From: Escherichia phage FV3 | Length of the DNA stretch: 64,000 bases | Sequence record: NC_019517.1 | Reading direction: 5' to 3' (one strand) | Part shown: piece after piece, positions 1 through 8,971 of the stretch | Layout: each line of letters opens with the position of its first letter | Numbering within the stretch: position 1 is the stretch's first letter | Position numbers and translations under genes: made by a program | The notes under the pieces: generated by a model | Seen by the model: the letters and a program-made list of their open reading frames with translations, nothing else | What the model was told of the DNA's origin: nothing | The model's database searches: none

Positions 1-114
1 TGAAAGCTCTTGTCTGAGAACTGTTAAAACGTGCGCCCAAGAAAACGCTGCACTTGGAATCTACCACAAACGGAAAAGATCAACAAAAAGCTCTCCAAGG
101 AAGACTAAAAAGTC

Positions 115-144
115 TTGACAAAAGTGTTATTAATCTGATATTAT
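115..144 (+). promoter_or_regulatory. sigma70-like promoter (TTGACA, 18-nt spacer, TATTAT)
   Basis: TTGACA at 115-120 and TATTAT at 139-144, ~35 nt upstream of the first ORF start. Confidence 0.45.
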
Positions 145-177
145 CGTTCAGATATTTATAAACCAGGAGAACTAGAT

Positions 178-486
178 ATGCTTAAAATTTTTATTGTTGA
201 AGATAAAGATATTGTCCAGTTGTATGCAAACGAGAATCATAAAGGTATGATCCTGAAGAAGGCAAGCAACCTTCATGAAAACACAATTCAACCTGGTGAT
301 GTAATTAAGATCTCTGGTTATCTGATACCAGACTCCTTGATGAAAATAACTCATCATTGGGGTTCCAATCCGTTCCTTTTTGAAAAGTATTGGGATGTTG
401 AGTCACTTATTGCAGAAAGTGATGATGCATTCCATTACAGCATCCAACCATCTTGCAGAATAACTAACAGGAGGGTCTTTGAGTAG
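178..486 (+). CDS. hypothetical protein
   Basis: 102-aa ORF with ATG start and AGGAGA-like RBS upstream. Confidence 0.5.
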   Translation: MLKIFIVEDKDIVQLYANENHKGMILKKASNLHENTIQPGDVIKISGYLIPDSLMKITHHWGSNPFLFEKYWDVESLIAESDDAFHYSIQPSCRITNRRVFE

Positions 487-1618
487 AGAATATCCACTTA
501 TTGAGTCCATAGATTGTCTTGCCGATCTTCTTGAACCTGACGCTATAGTCTATTATGACTTCGATCAGGTTGCATATCAAGCTGCAGCAAGTTGTGAAAA
601 AAGGACAATTGAGGTAACACATAAAGCCTCCGGACGTAAGAAGGTGTTCAAAACACGAACAGAGTTTTGGGGGAGGCAGAAGAACGCAGTTGGCGGTTGG
701 TTAAAGGCCGAGAACACCAACCGTGAAGCTGCATGTAAAAAAGCTGGCAAGGAGTTTATTCCGTGGACACGTGAAGATTTCGATGTCTTGGATATCCAAA
801 CCCCTGATCCTGTAGAGAACTGCTTGCACACAATTAAGTGTAAAGCTAACGCAGTCCTTAACTATCTTGGTATTCCTGAAGATCGGTGCGTAGGAGTGCT
901 TGGAGGCACAGGTAATTTCAGACTAGATCTTCCCATGCCGGAACGATATAAAGCCAACCGTAACAATACTCTTCGACCACTGTTGCTTGAAGATGCAAGA
1001 CAGTATCTCCAAAAGCAGTATAACGCTCAGGTGATCAACGGTATTGAAGCTGACGACTGGTTAGCTATCCAGCAATTTGAAGGTTGGAACCACTACCAGA
1101 AAACAGGTAAGTTCAACAAGTTTATTATCTCTATAGATAAGGACCAGCGAACACTTCCTGGGCTTGTATTCGATCCGATGAGGAACGATAAAGGTGATTT
1201 TGTAAGAGAAACTCCTATGCTTATTGATAACGGTATGGGTAACATATTCATGAAACCAAACGGAGATGTTGGTGGGTATGGAATGTTGTTCTTCGGTTAT
1301 CAAATGCTATGTGGTGACTCAGCTGACAATATTAAGCCTTACCAAGGTCTTATTGGTAAAGGAAAGTTTGGAGATGCATCTGCATTCTCCTTGCTGTCTC
1401 AGTGCAGCACACCGAAGGAGATGTGGTTAGCAATCATTGATCAGTATAAAAAATGGTTTCCGAAAGGTGCCGTTAAGTATACTGATTTCAATGGTATTGA
1501 CCGTAGGATTTCCGTAGGTCAGTGGATGAGTATAATTTTCGACTGTTTGTATATGAAGCGATCATTCAATGACCAAACAAAACTTGTTAATGTTCTTAGA
1601 AATGTTGGAGCAATTTGA
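479..1618 (+). CDS. 5'-3' exonuclease / flap endonuclease (FEN family, T4 RNase H / T5 D15-like)
   Basis: 379-aa ORF with FEN-family motifs YKANR and GIEADDW; TTG start after AGGAGG RBS, exact start uncertain. Confidence 0.65.
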   Translation: MSREYPLIESIDCLADLLEPDAIVYYDFDQVAYQAAASCEKRTIEVTHKASGRKKVFKTRTEFWGRQKNAVGGWLKAENTNREAACKKAGKEFIPWTREDFDVLDIQTPDPVENCLHTIKCKANAVLNYLGIPEDRCVGVLGGTGNFRLDLPMPERYKANRNNTLRPLLLEDARQYLQKQYNAQVINGIEADDWLAIQQFEGWNHYQKTGKFNKFIISIDKDQRTLPGLVFDPMRNDKGDFVRETPMLIDNGMGNIFMKPNGDVGGYGMLFFGYQMLCGDSADNIKPYQGLIGKGKFGDASAFSLLSQCSTPKEMWLAIIDQYKKWFPKGAVKYTDFNGIDRRISVGQWMSIIFDCLYMKRSFNDQTKLVNVLRNVGAI

Positions 1619-1941
1619 TGACTAAAAACTCTGTAGATAATGCAATTATGGAAGCTGTTTTTGAGGATGACCATACAACAGGCACCATTAAAACAAAAAA
1701 TACATTTATTGTTGCCACAGGTATGTGGCGGTTGTATGAAGATGACACTATTGCATACATCTTGTATACTGATGATTACGCAGATGATCGTGTATGGTCT
1801 GCTGTTTTAAAAGAGGACTGTGAGCTGATCGAGGGTGAGCGGTTATGCATGTTTACCAGTGTGGAAACAGATGTTAAGCTTTGCTCTCTTGTGTTGTTCA
1901 AAGACAAAGCTTATGCCCCAGATGAAGAGGAAACAGTATGA
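1615..1941 (+). CDS. hypothetical protein
   Basis: 108-aa ORF, start overlaps upstream stop (ATGA). Confidence 0.5.
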   Translation: MMTKNSVDNAIMEAVFEDDHTTGTIKTKNTFIVATGMWRLYEDDTIAYILYTDDYADDRVWSAVLKEDCELIEGERLCMFTSVETDVKLCSLVLFKDKAYAPDEEETV

Positions 1942-2567
1942 GAGAAAGACTGCTGTCTATAGACCAGTCTCTTACCCACACGGCCTGCGTTGTATGGGAC
2001 GATGGTAGGCCTGTTCATAAGGTTGTGTTACGAACCCAAAGCTCGTCTGCAAAAGAGAAGAAACCAGGGACGGTTTCTTTTGCAACAGCTGCTGAGCGTA
2101 TTGACTGGATCTGCAAACAGGTTAGATATTATATCCACACGCACCACGTTGACACCGTGGTCATGGAAGGGCTCTCCTTTGGATCGCGAGGAGATGCCAC
2201 ACGTGAACTGGCTGGGTTGTTTTACGGTCTTGAAGTTATGCTCTGGGATGCTTTAGCAGATTGTGAAAATGACGGCCTGTTTAAGGTCCACACAGTGACA
2301 CCAACAACTGCCAAAAAGTTTGCTCGTAGTCATCTTCCTGAAGAACTTGCTTTTGAGGAGAAGAAAAAGCTTGACAAAAAGACGGGTAAAGAGCATACTG
2401 TGAAGAAGCCTGTTACGATGGATAAAAAGTTGATGGTTAAGGCCTGTGAAGTATCTGAACCTGGGTTCCTAGATGGGATCAATTTGGTACAAGGTAAGGC
2501 CGATCTCGCAGATGCTTATTGGATAGGCAGGGCGCATCTGGAGGGATTATCGCAAAGCGTAAAATAA
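1938..2567 (+). CDS. RuvC-like Holliday junction resolvase (RNase H fold)
   Basis: 209-aa ORF; N-terminal SIDQS...TG..VW, central VVMEGLSFGSRGD and C-terminal ADLADAYWIG acidic motifs typical of RuvC-type resolvases. Confidence 0.55.
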   Translation: MRERLLSIDQSLTHTACVVWDDGRPVHKVVLRTQSSSAKEKKPGTVSFATAAERIDWICKQVRYYIHTHHVDTVVMEGLSFGSRGDATRELAGLFYGLEVMLWDALADCENDGLFKVHTVTPTTAKKFARSHLPEELAFEEKKKLDKKTGKEHTVKKPVTMDKKLMVKACEVSEPGFLDGINLVQGKADLADAYWIGRAHLEGLSQSVK

Positions 2568-3094
2568 GAAAGAAAGCTGTCAAAGCCCCCGTTCATAACG
2601 GGTGGCTAAAAGATTCTAAGGATATAGCCAACTTTCGGAAAGAATTGTCAGAAGAGCAGGATGGTCTTGATCCGATCTTGTGCGAACCACTTCGTAAGCC
2701 TTGTTTAGATCATGATCATCTGACTGGTCGTTGCAGGGGTGTTTTGTCCCAATGCACTAATACCTTTGAGGGGTATGTGCTTAAATACTGGATGAAATAC
2801 TGTAACGAGTATACAGATTGCAGTTTATCAGAGGCGTTGCGCCGGATGGCTGACTATCTGGAGAAAGACTACAGCGACTTCCCGCTCCACAAAAACTACA
2901 GGGACGATATGACAAAGTTCTTGAGGAGATGCTCTAAAGCTACGATTATTGCACGGGCAGAATCGGATCTCGATCTTGTCATTAATTCAGAGTACACCAA
3001 GCATGAGGCTATTGAGGCCTACATGCAGGAGTTTATAAAGAAAACTGAGGAGAGAGATTTCTATGGAGACGAAAAAGGTATTCAATCCTTGTGA
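2519..3094 (+). CDS. recombination endonuclease VII-like (T4 gp49 family)
   Basis: CLDHDHLTGRCRGVLSQCTN matches the endonuclease VII zinc/His-Me motif; no in-frame ATG, TTG start at 2519 overlaps upstream gene by 49 nt. Confidence 0.6.
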   Translation: MDRQGASGGIIAKRKIRKKAVKAPVHNGWLKDSKDIANFRKELSEEQDGLDPILCEPLRKPCLDHDHLTGRCRGVLSQCTNTFEGYVLKYWMKYCNEYTDCSLSEALRRMADYLEKDYSDFPLHKNYRDDMTKFLRRCSKATIIARAESDLDLVINSEYTKHEAIEAYMQEFIKKTEERDFYGDEKGIQSL

Positions 3095-3284
3095 TTCAGT
3101 TCTGATCAGGATGAAATACCGTAACTGGAAAGGTGTTGTTGCAGATCGCTGCGTTACTGAGCCTAGTTTATGGTTTGGCTCTACAGATTATCATAAAGAA
3201 GATCAGTGGTTGATGCATGCATTTGATGTAGACAAGGGCGAATATCGTGACTTCGCTTTAAAAGACATTCTTCAGTTTTACTAA
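3063..3284 (+). CDS. hypothetical protein
   Basis: 73-aa ORF, ATG with GAGGAGAGAG RBS. Confidence 0.45.
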   Translation: METKKVFNPCDSVLIRMKYRNWKGVVADRCVTEPSLWFGSTDYHKEDQWLMHAFDVDKGEYRDFALKDILQFY

Positions 3285-3296
3285 GGAATCTTAACG

Positions 3297-4280
3297 ATGA
3301 TGACAAAGTTAACTCTTGAGCAAATTTTAACACTAAAGCAACAGGGATACACCAATAGACAAATTGCTCGTGAATTTCTAGGTCGTGAGTCACGTGAGAG
3401 CTGGATCCGGCTACAGCTTAAACGTGCACAAGAGAATATGTCAGAGATTGTAGGAGAGGCAACGGAGCGCTTCCTTGAAGAACACAAAGGTGCTAAAGTT
3501 TGGGTGTATGATACAGAGACATCCCCAACAAACGGCTGGTTCTTTGGGCATTATAAGACCAACATTCAAACCTGCGGTATTGAAATTATGCCCTATATGC
3601 TAACTTTCGCAGGTAAATGGTTAGACAGCCCCAGTGTGGTTGACTGTGCTCTTCCTGATTACAAAATGTGGGGCGAGGATATCCACAACGATCTTGAGCT
3701 GATTCAAGATTTGTGGTATTATCTGGATAAATGTGATGTAGCAGTAGCACACAACTCTGGTTTTGACTGTGGGTGGGCCAACCAACGATTTGCATTTCAC
3801 GGTTTGCCGCCAACAAGCCCATACAAAGAGGTTGACACCCTCAAGATGATTAAAAAGGCATTCCGTTTGAATGCAAACACGTTAGAGTATGCATGTAAAT
3901 ACTTCCAACTGGCCCGACAGAAACTAATTGACCACACATTTGAAATGTGGATCAAGTGTGTTCATGGTGATCTTGAGGCGTTTAAACAGATGCGGGAGTA
4001 TAATGTTGGGGACATCTTGTCTCTGGAAGGCCTATATTTGCTGGCGCGTCCGTTTGCTAAGCAGCACCCCAACATGTCGTTGTACTACCAAGATGAGGAG
4101 TCAAAAGTTCGTTGCCCACGTTGTGGTGGAGAACACCTTCACGAGGAAGAGGCTTTGGCGTATACTCAACTGAGTGCATTTAAAACCTACCGCTGCGAAG
4201 GTTGTGGATCTGTTGTTCGTGATCGTAACAACATCCGTACCCGAGAAGAGATGAAAAACACCCTGATTCAGATAATCTGA
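3297..4280 (+). CDS. DnaQ-like 3'-5' exonuclease with N-terminal HTH and C-terminal zinc ribbon
   Basis: 327-aa ORF; HTH-like LKQQGYTNRQIAREF, exo motifs VYDTETS, AHNSGFDCGW, YNVGDIL, C-terminal CPRC...CEGC. Confidence 0.5.
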   Translation: MMTKLTLEQILTLKQQGYTNRQIAREFLGRESRESWIRLQLKRAQENMSEIVGEATERFLEEHKGAKVWVYDTETSPTNGWFFGHYKTNIQTCGIEIMPYMLTFAGKWLDSPSVVDCALPDYKMWGEDIHNDLELIQDLWYYLDKCDVAVAHNSGFDCGWANQRFAFHGLPPTSPYKEVDTLKMIKKAFRLNANTLEYACKYFQLARQKLIDHTFEMWIKCVHGDLEAFKQMREYNVGDILSLEGLYLLARPFAKQHPNMSLYYQDEESKVRCPRCGGEHLHEEEALAYTQLSAFKTYRCEGCGSVVRDRNNIRTREEMKNTLIQII

Positions 4281-4287
4281 CAAGTAG

Positions 4288-4310
4288 AGGGAGGCTTGCG
4301 CCTCCCTTTT
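4288..4310 (+). terminator. intrinsic terminator
   Basis: AGGGAGGC-TTGC-GCCTCCCT hairpin followed by TTTT. Confidence 0.5.
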
Positions 4311-4325
4311 CATTTTGGAGGCACC

Positions 4326-5132
4326 TTGAGCAAGAAAGAGTCCAACGACAAATATTACACAGACCCTGAGTATGCAGAATATCTTGTTGGTAAAGTAAAA
4401 GTTAGGTATGGGAATTGTGCATACGTTGAGCCTTCTGCTGGAAAGGGTTCTTTTTCAAAACTATTTTCAGAGATACTGTCGTACGATTTGGTACCAGATC
4501 CTGAATTTGAAGGCCCAACACCGTGTATTAAGGCAAACTTCTTAGAGGTGTACCCTAAGGCTGATGTCTTCATAGGTAATCCTCCATTCGGCAAAAATTC
4601 GTCTTTAGCTTGCAAGTTCTTTAACCACTGTGCATCATTGCTAGAGCCTGGCGGGGCTATAGCCTTCATCTTGCCACGGACATTTGAAAAAATATTTTTT
4701 GCAAACAAGCTGGACATGTCAATGCACCTTATCTACAGCGAAAGGTGCCCCAAGAACTCGTTTTTACTTAACGACAAACCTTATGACGTGCCATGTGTTT
4801 TCCAAATTTGGGAGAAAAAGGTGTGCAATAGGGATCCTGTAGAGATTGGGGAGAATAAGTTATTTTCTTTTAGCACACCAGATGACTACGACTTCTGCAT
4901 AAGACGTGTTGGGTATAATGCTGGAAAAGTATTGGGGGAGGATGACCCAAAATCTGAAGAATCAACATATTTCATAAAATCTTTAGTTGATGGTGTTGAC
5001 AGAGTGTTTGCTGAATGCTATTCTTCTTTTCAAGAAGAAGCAGGTAAGACTGCTGGAATGAAGAGTATAGGCAAGAAAGAACTACAATACATTTTGGAGA
5101 CTAGGTATGATCAAAAGTATAGACTTGACTAA
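4326..5132 (+). CDS. N6-adenine DNA methyltransferase (motif I then NPPF)
   Basis: EPSAGKGSF (motif I) and IGNPPFGK (motif IV); no in-frame ATG before the motifs, proposed TTG start at 4326 after GGAGG RBS. Confidence 0.6.
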   Translation: MSKKESNDKYYTDPEYAEYLVGKVKVRYGNCAYVEPSAGKGSFSKLFSEILSYDLVPDPEFEGPTPCIKANFLEVYPKADVFIGNPPFGKNSSLACKFFNHCASLLEPGGAIAFILPRTFEKIFFANKLDMSMHLIYSERCPKNSFLLNDKPYDVPCVFQIWEKKVCNRDPVEIGENKLFSFSTPDDYDFCIRRVGYNAGKVLGEDDPKSEESTYFIKSLVDGVDRVFAECYSSFQEEAGKTAGMKSIGKKELQYILETRYDQKYRLD

Positions 5133-5565
5133 AGAGCTTACTGATGCAAAGGCTTTTGGTGAGACAGCCGTGCAAAGGGGACAGGCTATGGGGCTGGCAC
5201 TACCTTTTGTCTTAAAAGAGCATTTTACAGATTTTCAGCTTATCCGGGGCGAAAAGGGGATGCTTATTCTGGAACATAAGCTGAGTAAGAAACGTTATAA
5301 AGTTGTTTTTAATTCTAAAGCTCCAACAAAACTTGGATTCAGAACTTACAATCTCAACCCTTCCTATACTAAGGGTGTTGGAAGAGTTGAACAGCAGCAT
5401 CTCAGTGCTAGAGCTTCTTTAGCCCCTTTGATGCTAAATTTCTCAGGTGTGGCTTTGGGATACCTGGATAAGAAAAGAGTTCTTCATGTTCGTTTTACAG
5501 ACTTTGTAACGCTTTTAGCTAACAACGAAGTAGATGAAAAGGGACGTGTAAAAACAAACTTCTAA
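5107..5565 (+). CDS. hypothetical protein
   Basis: 152-aa ORF. Confidence 0.45.
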   Translation: MIKSIDLTKELTDAKAFGETAVQRGQAMGLALPFVLKEHFTDFQLIRGEKGMLILEHKLSKKRYKVVFNSKAPTKLGFRTYNLNPSYTKGVGRVEQQHLSARASLAPLMLNFSGVALGYLDKKRVLHVRFTDFVTLLANNEVDEKGRVKTNF

Positions 5566-5580
5566 TAACGTGCAGTATGA

Positions 5581-5784
5581 TTGGAGACCGCAATGACACC
5601 AGAGTTAACAATTCCAGACAGCTTTTCAGAAAACTTTATCCCAGAAATGATGAATAAGATGCGATCATTGCTTGATCAGATTGAGGAGGCTGTTTGGGAA
5701 GACGATGCCGTAGTAGCTAACGAACTGGTAGATAAGTGTAAAAGTATTATTGATGCAGTTGAAGAATACCACGGAGGTTTTTAA
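5581..5784 (+). CDS. hypothetical acidic protein
   Basis: 67-aa ORF, ATG, stop overlaps next start. Confidence 0.4.
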   Translation: METAMTPELTIPDSFSENFIPEMMNKMRSLLDQIEEAVWEDDAVVANELVDKCKSIIDAVEEYHGGF

Positions 5785-6386
5785 TGGATATTATTGTTCT
5801 TAATGCTCCACCAAGTTCTGGAAAAGACCATATCGCAGATCTTTTGTTGGAAGCCATTCCAAACTCGCATCACCGCGAGGTAAAGGAAATGCTATTCAGT
5901 GTGGCAATTAAGGCAGCTGGTATTTCACCACAGTTGTGGAATGCACTCTATGATCGCCGCTACAAAGAAGAACCGTGCCCGTTCTTAATGATAGACGGCA
6001 AGCATGTTTCTCCGCGAGAATGGATGATCCATTGTAGTGAAAATCTGATCAAACCTATCTTTGGTGAAGATGCTTTCGGTAAGGCCGCAGTCGCATCCTT
6101 GAAGAAAGATTTCCCTGAAGGTAAAGGGGTTGTTGTTTACTCCGATGGTGGCTTCAAAGAGGAGCTGGCATGCCTTGGCGAGTACGCATCCATCACAGGT
6201 GGCGATCTTCTACTGTTCCGTATCCACCGTGAAGGATATGATTGGGGAAATGATTCCAGAACTTACCTTAGCCTAGAGAAGAACGGGATAAAAGGTATTG
6301 AGTTTGATGTTGTTAACCCAGAGGGAGCTCCTTGGGAGTGCGCATCTGAGATTGTGTGCAAGTATATTGATGCTAAAGAGGGCTGA
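5784..6386 (+). CDS. deoxynucleoside monophosphate kinase (phage dNMP kinase-like)
   Basis: 200-aa ORF, N-terminal P-loop IIVLNAPPSSGKDHIADLL resembling T4 gp1-type kinases. Confidence 0.6.
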   Translation: MDIIVLNAPPSSGKDHIADLLLEAIPNSHHREVKEMLFSVAIKAAGISPQLWNALYDRRYKEEPCPFLMIDGKHVSPREWMIHCSENLIKPIFGEDAFGKAAVASLKKDFPEGKGVVVYSDGGFKEELACLGEYASITGGDLLLFRIHREGYDWGNDSRTYLSLEKNGIKGIEFDVVNPEGAPWECASEIVCKYIDAKEG

Positions 6387-6391
6387 GAACA

Positions 6392-6985
6392 ATGCTGATC
6401 GGAATTGATGTAGATTTAACACTGGTAGACTCAGGAACAGCATGGTGGGAGTGGCTAGAGCGTTTATATGGTCCAGCCAGCAAGACAGTCGCTAAACCTT
6501 CTAACGGACTGATGTATTACGATCTGTCAAAGTATTGGCCTGATCGCCCCAAAGAAAACATCATAGGGCCTTTTGATTTCTGGAGTGACCCGTTCCTCTA
6601 CGACTTTCTTAAGCCTGAAGAGGGGGCTATTGAGGTTATGAAAGATTTGGTGGCTCGTGGTCACAAGCTTGCATTTATCTCTGTATGCAAGAAAGGTCAC
6701 CTTGCATCTAAATCAAGGTTCTTAAAGCGTTGGACCAGCGATTTTATGGATCTTGACGATCACACCCAGGGTCACGGCTTCTACGCCACACATTTCAAAG
6801 GTAATGTGGCTGTAGATGTTATAATTGACGACAGGCATGAATACCTGAACCAATTCGCTTCACGCCCTGAAGTTATTAAAATCTTAAAAGACACTCCTTA
6901 TGAGCAATTCGAGGAGTTGAAGGTTAGTGTTGACTATACCGCTAACAGCTGGTATAAAATAGGGAAGTTTTTAGAAGGTATTTGA
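6392..6985 (+). CDS. HAD-superfamily 5'(3')-deoxyribonucleotidase-like
   Basis: 197-aa ORF, N-terminal HAD motif I GIDVDLT. Confidence 0.45.
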   Translation: MLIGIDVDLTLVDSGTAWWEWLERLYGPASKTVAKPSNGLMYYDLSKYWPDRPKENIIGPFDFWSDPFLYDFLKPEEGAIEVMKDLVARGHKLAFISVCKKGHLASKSRFLKRWTSDFMDLDDHTQGHGFYATHFKGNVAVDVIIDDRHEYLNQFASRPEVIKILKDTPYEQFEELKVSVDYTANSWYKIGKFLEGI

Positions 6986-6986
6986 A

Positions 6987-7187
6987 ATGGGCAGATGTTC
7001 TAAAGGTGGCGATCCTGTAGTCAGATACGGTGACTGGCTAGAGGTGTATGATCTGGGTGGTAAGCTGGTGTACGCCTCTAGGATCACCCAAGATATGTGC
7101 TCCGATATGTTTAACAGATACCTTGCATTTAAGGCCAACATAAACCCAGACGAAATTTCCAAAATTAAAACAAGGAGAGCTAAATAA
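6987..7187 (+). CDS. hypothetical protein
   Basis: 66-aa ORF. Confidence 0.4.
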   Translation: MGRCSKGGDPVVRYGDWLEVYDLGGKLVYASRITQDMCSDMFNRYLAFKANINPDEISKIKTRRAK

Positions 7188-8170
7188 TGCTAAAACTGTG
7201 CACTGCAAAGATTATTGCCGACAGCATTTCCGAGAAAGGTAAGCGTATCACTACTTTTGAGCTAGAATATCCTCGAATTATTCACTCAGAGCTTATGACA
7301 CATCGAATGTTCAGCCGAAACGCTATGTCTTCTCGTGCAGTACCTGTCAGCAAGATGCTGCAGCAAATTGTGGAGAATCCGGCAATGCCAGTTCGCTTCG
7401 GTGTAAATAAGCGAGGAATGGAAGATGGAGGGGAACACGATCAAAAGATCCGTGTAGAATACACTGACATGGAGATGACCCCTGAAGAGTTTTGGAAAGA
7501 AGCTGCAAAAAACGCCGCTTGGCATGCAGAGAAGTTCGCCCTTGCTGGTTACCATAAGCAAGTATGTAACCGCTTAGTAGAGCCGTTTCAGCGCATGAAA
7601 ACAGTTGTAACAAGCACCGAGTGGAATAATTTTTTCCACCTGCGTTGCTGGCACGATGCGGATCCTACGATTCAGATGTTGGCTAATTGCATGCAGGATG
7701 CTATTATGAATAGCACTCCTGAAATCCTTAAACCGGGTCAATGGCACACCCCATATGTAGAGCATGTTTATTTGGACGGAGAGTTTAACTACGCTGTACG
7801 TGACACAGAAGGAAAGCTCTGCATTCTCGATACTAAAGAAGCTCTGTCTATTAGTGCTAGTTGCTGTGCACAAGTATCTTATCGAAATATTGACAGCACG
7901 TTTGAAAAGGCAGACAGTGTTGCTAAAAAATTGATTGGTGGGGATCGTATTCATGCAAGCCCTTACGAGCATCAGGCAACACCTATGGATCACGATAACG
8001 CAATGGAACGTTTAAACTACTACCTGTCTTCATGTGAAATCACACAGGACAGCTGTGTTTGGCAGGAAGGTGTAACCCATCAAGACCGCGACGGTAAATT
8101 CTGGTCTGCCAACTTTTGTGGGTGGGTTCAGCACAGACAGCTGCTTAATAACCACTTCATGAAAGGTTAA
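7187..8170 (+). CDS. thyX: flavin-dependent thymidylate synthase ThyX
   Basis: 327-aa ORF with ThyX signature THRMFSRNAMSSR (RHR-x7-S-x-R type, first Arg replaced); RBS AGGAGAG. Confidence 0.7.
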   Translation: MLKLCTAKIIADSISEKGKRITTFELEYPRIIHSELMTHRMFSRNAMSSRAVPVSKMLQQIVENPAMPVRFGVNKRGMEDGGEHDQKIRVEYTDMEMTPEEFWKEAAKNAAWHAEKFALAGYHKQVCNRLVEPFQRMKTVVTSTEWNNFFHLRCWHDADPTIQMLANCMQDAIMNSTPEILKPGQWHTPYVEHVYLDGEFNYAVRDTEGKLCILDTKEALSISASCCAQVSYRNIDSTFEKADSVAKKLIGGDRIHASPYEHQATPMDHDNAMERLNYYLSSCEITQDSCVWQEGVTHQDRDGKFWSANFCGWVQHRQLLNNHFMKG

Positions 8171-8171
8171 T

Positions 8172-8196
8172 CCTATCGCAGCGATAGGTAACTTTT
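8172..8196 (+). terminator. hairpin terminator after thyX
   Basis: CCTATCGC-A-GCGATAGG followed by TAACTTTT. Confidence 0.4.
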
Positions 8197-8199
8197 GTG

Positions 8200-8228
8200 T
8201 TGACTAATAGTATTAGATAATCTATAAT
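8200..8228 (+). promoter_or_regulatory. sigma70-like promoter (TTGACT-17-TATAAT)
   Basis: TTGACT 8200-8205, TATAAT 8223-8228. Confidence 0.5.
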
Positions 8229-8229
8229 A

Positions 8230-8730
8230 ATGGCTCACTTTGTTGGTGAGCCAGAAATGGAGACAGATATGAGTAATGTTATGATTCCTAAAAAGACATT
8301 TATTTCAGTTACTTTAGATTTCCTATCTACTGTTCCCGGGTTTAACGTTCGCACACGAAACGGTCTCCGAGCTGCACTCTTTGCTGTAGGGTTTGATTTA
8401 AAAAATATTGATGTTCTTCGTGGAAAAAACGTTAGATGCAAAAATAAGCCAACCCATTATCGAAAGGCAGATGTATTTGCTGGTGTCATGCGTGCAGACT
8501 TTAGATACCCGCAGATGTATAACGGTGTAGATATTTTAGATGTAGATAAAGCACCCGGTGAGGCAATGCTTGTTCAAGATCTTCCGTATGATATCCCCGT
8601 AGAAGATCGTGTTAATGTGAGAAAGTATACAAAACAATCTGAAAAGGCTGAAGATATTCATATTGTTGATGAACCTTTCAATTTTGAAGATCTGCATCGC
8701 CTGGAAAAATTATTCGGTATTGAAAGCTAA
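8230..8730 (+). CDS. hypothetical protein
   Basis: 166-aa ORF. Confidence 0.5.
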   Translation: MAHFVGEPEMETDMSNVMIPKKTFISVTLDFLSTVPGFNVRTRNGLRAALFAVGFDLKNIDVLRGKNVRCKNKPTHYRKADVFAGVMRADFRYPQMYNGVDILDVDKAPGEAMLVQDLPYDIPVEDRVNVRKYTKQSEKAEDIHIVDEPFNFEDLHRLEKLFGIES

Positions 8731-8740
8731 GGTGGTGAAG

Positions 8741-8971
8741 ATGAGTCATAACTCCAAGTGGAAGGATCTTGGTTTTGCAAGTCGGGCAGAGTATGTTGGT
8801 TGGCTTTGGTTCAACGGTCTGACAAACGATATTAAAATGTATGATGATGTTTATTATGATGAATATACAGGTAAAATTATAAATATCTCTGTAGAAGAGG
8901 ATACTTTTATCCAACAAGACACTGATACCTGCCTTGATAAATACGTTGATGAAGTGGAGGAAGCAAATTGA
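8741..8971 (+). CDS. hypothetical protein
   Basis: ATG at 8741 after GGTGGTGAAG RBS; 76 aa, ends overlapping nrdA start. Confidence 0.4.
   Translation: MSHNSKWKDLGFASRAEYVGWLWFNGLTNDIKMYDDVYYDEYTGKIINISVEEDTFIQQDTDTCLDKYVDEVEEAN

Noticed and set aside
4296-4325. Methyltransferase start at the ORF-track position 4296 (TTG)
   Set aside because: That TTG lies in the loop of the upstream terminator hairpin; a TTG at 4326 preceded by GGAGG is more plausible, though no ATG start exists and the true start needs experimental confirmation.
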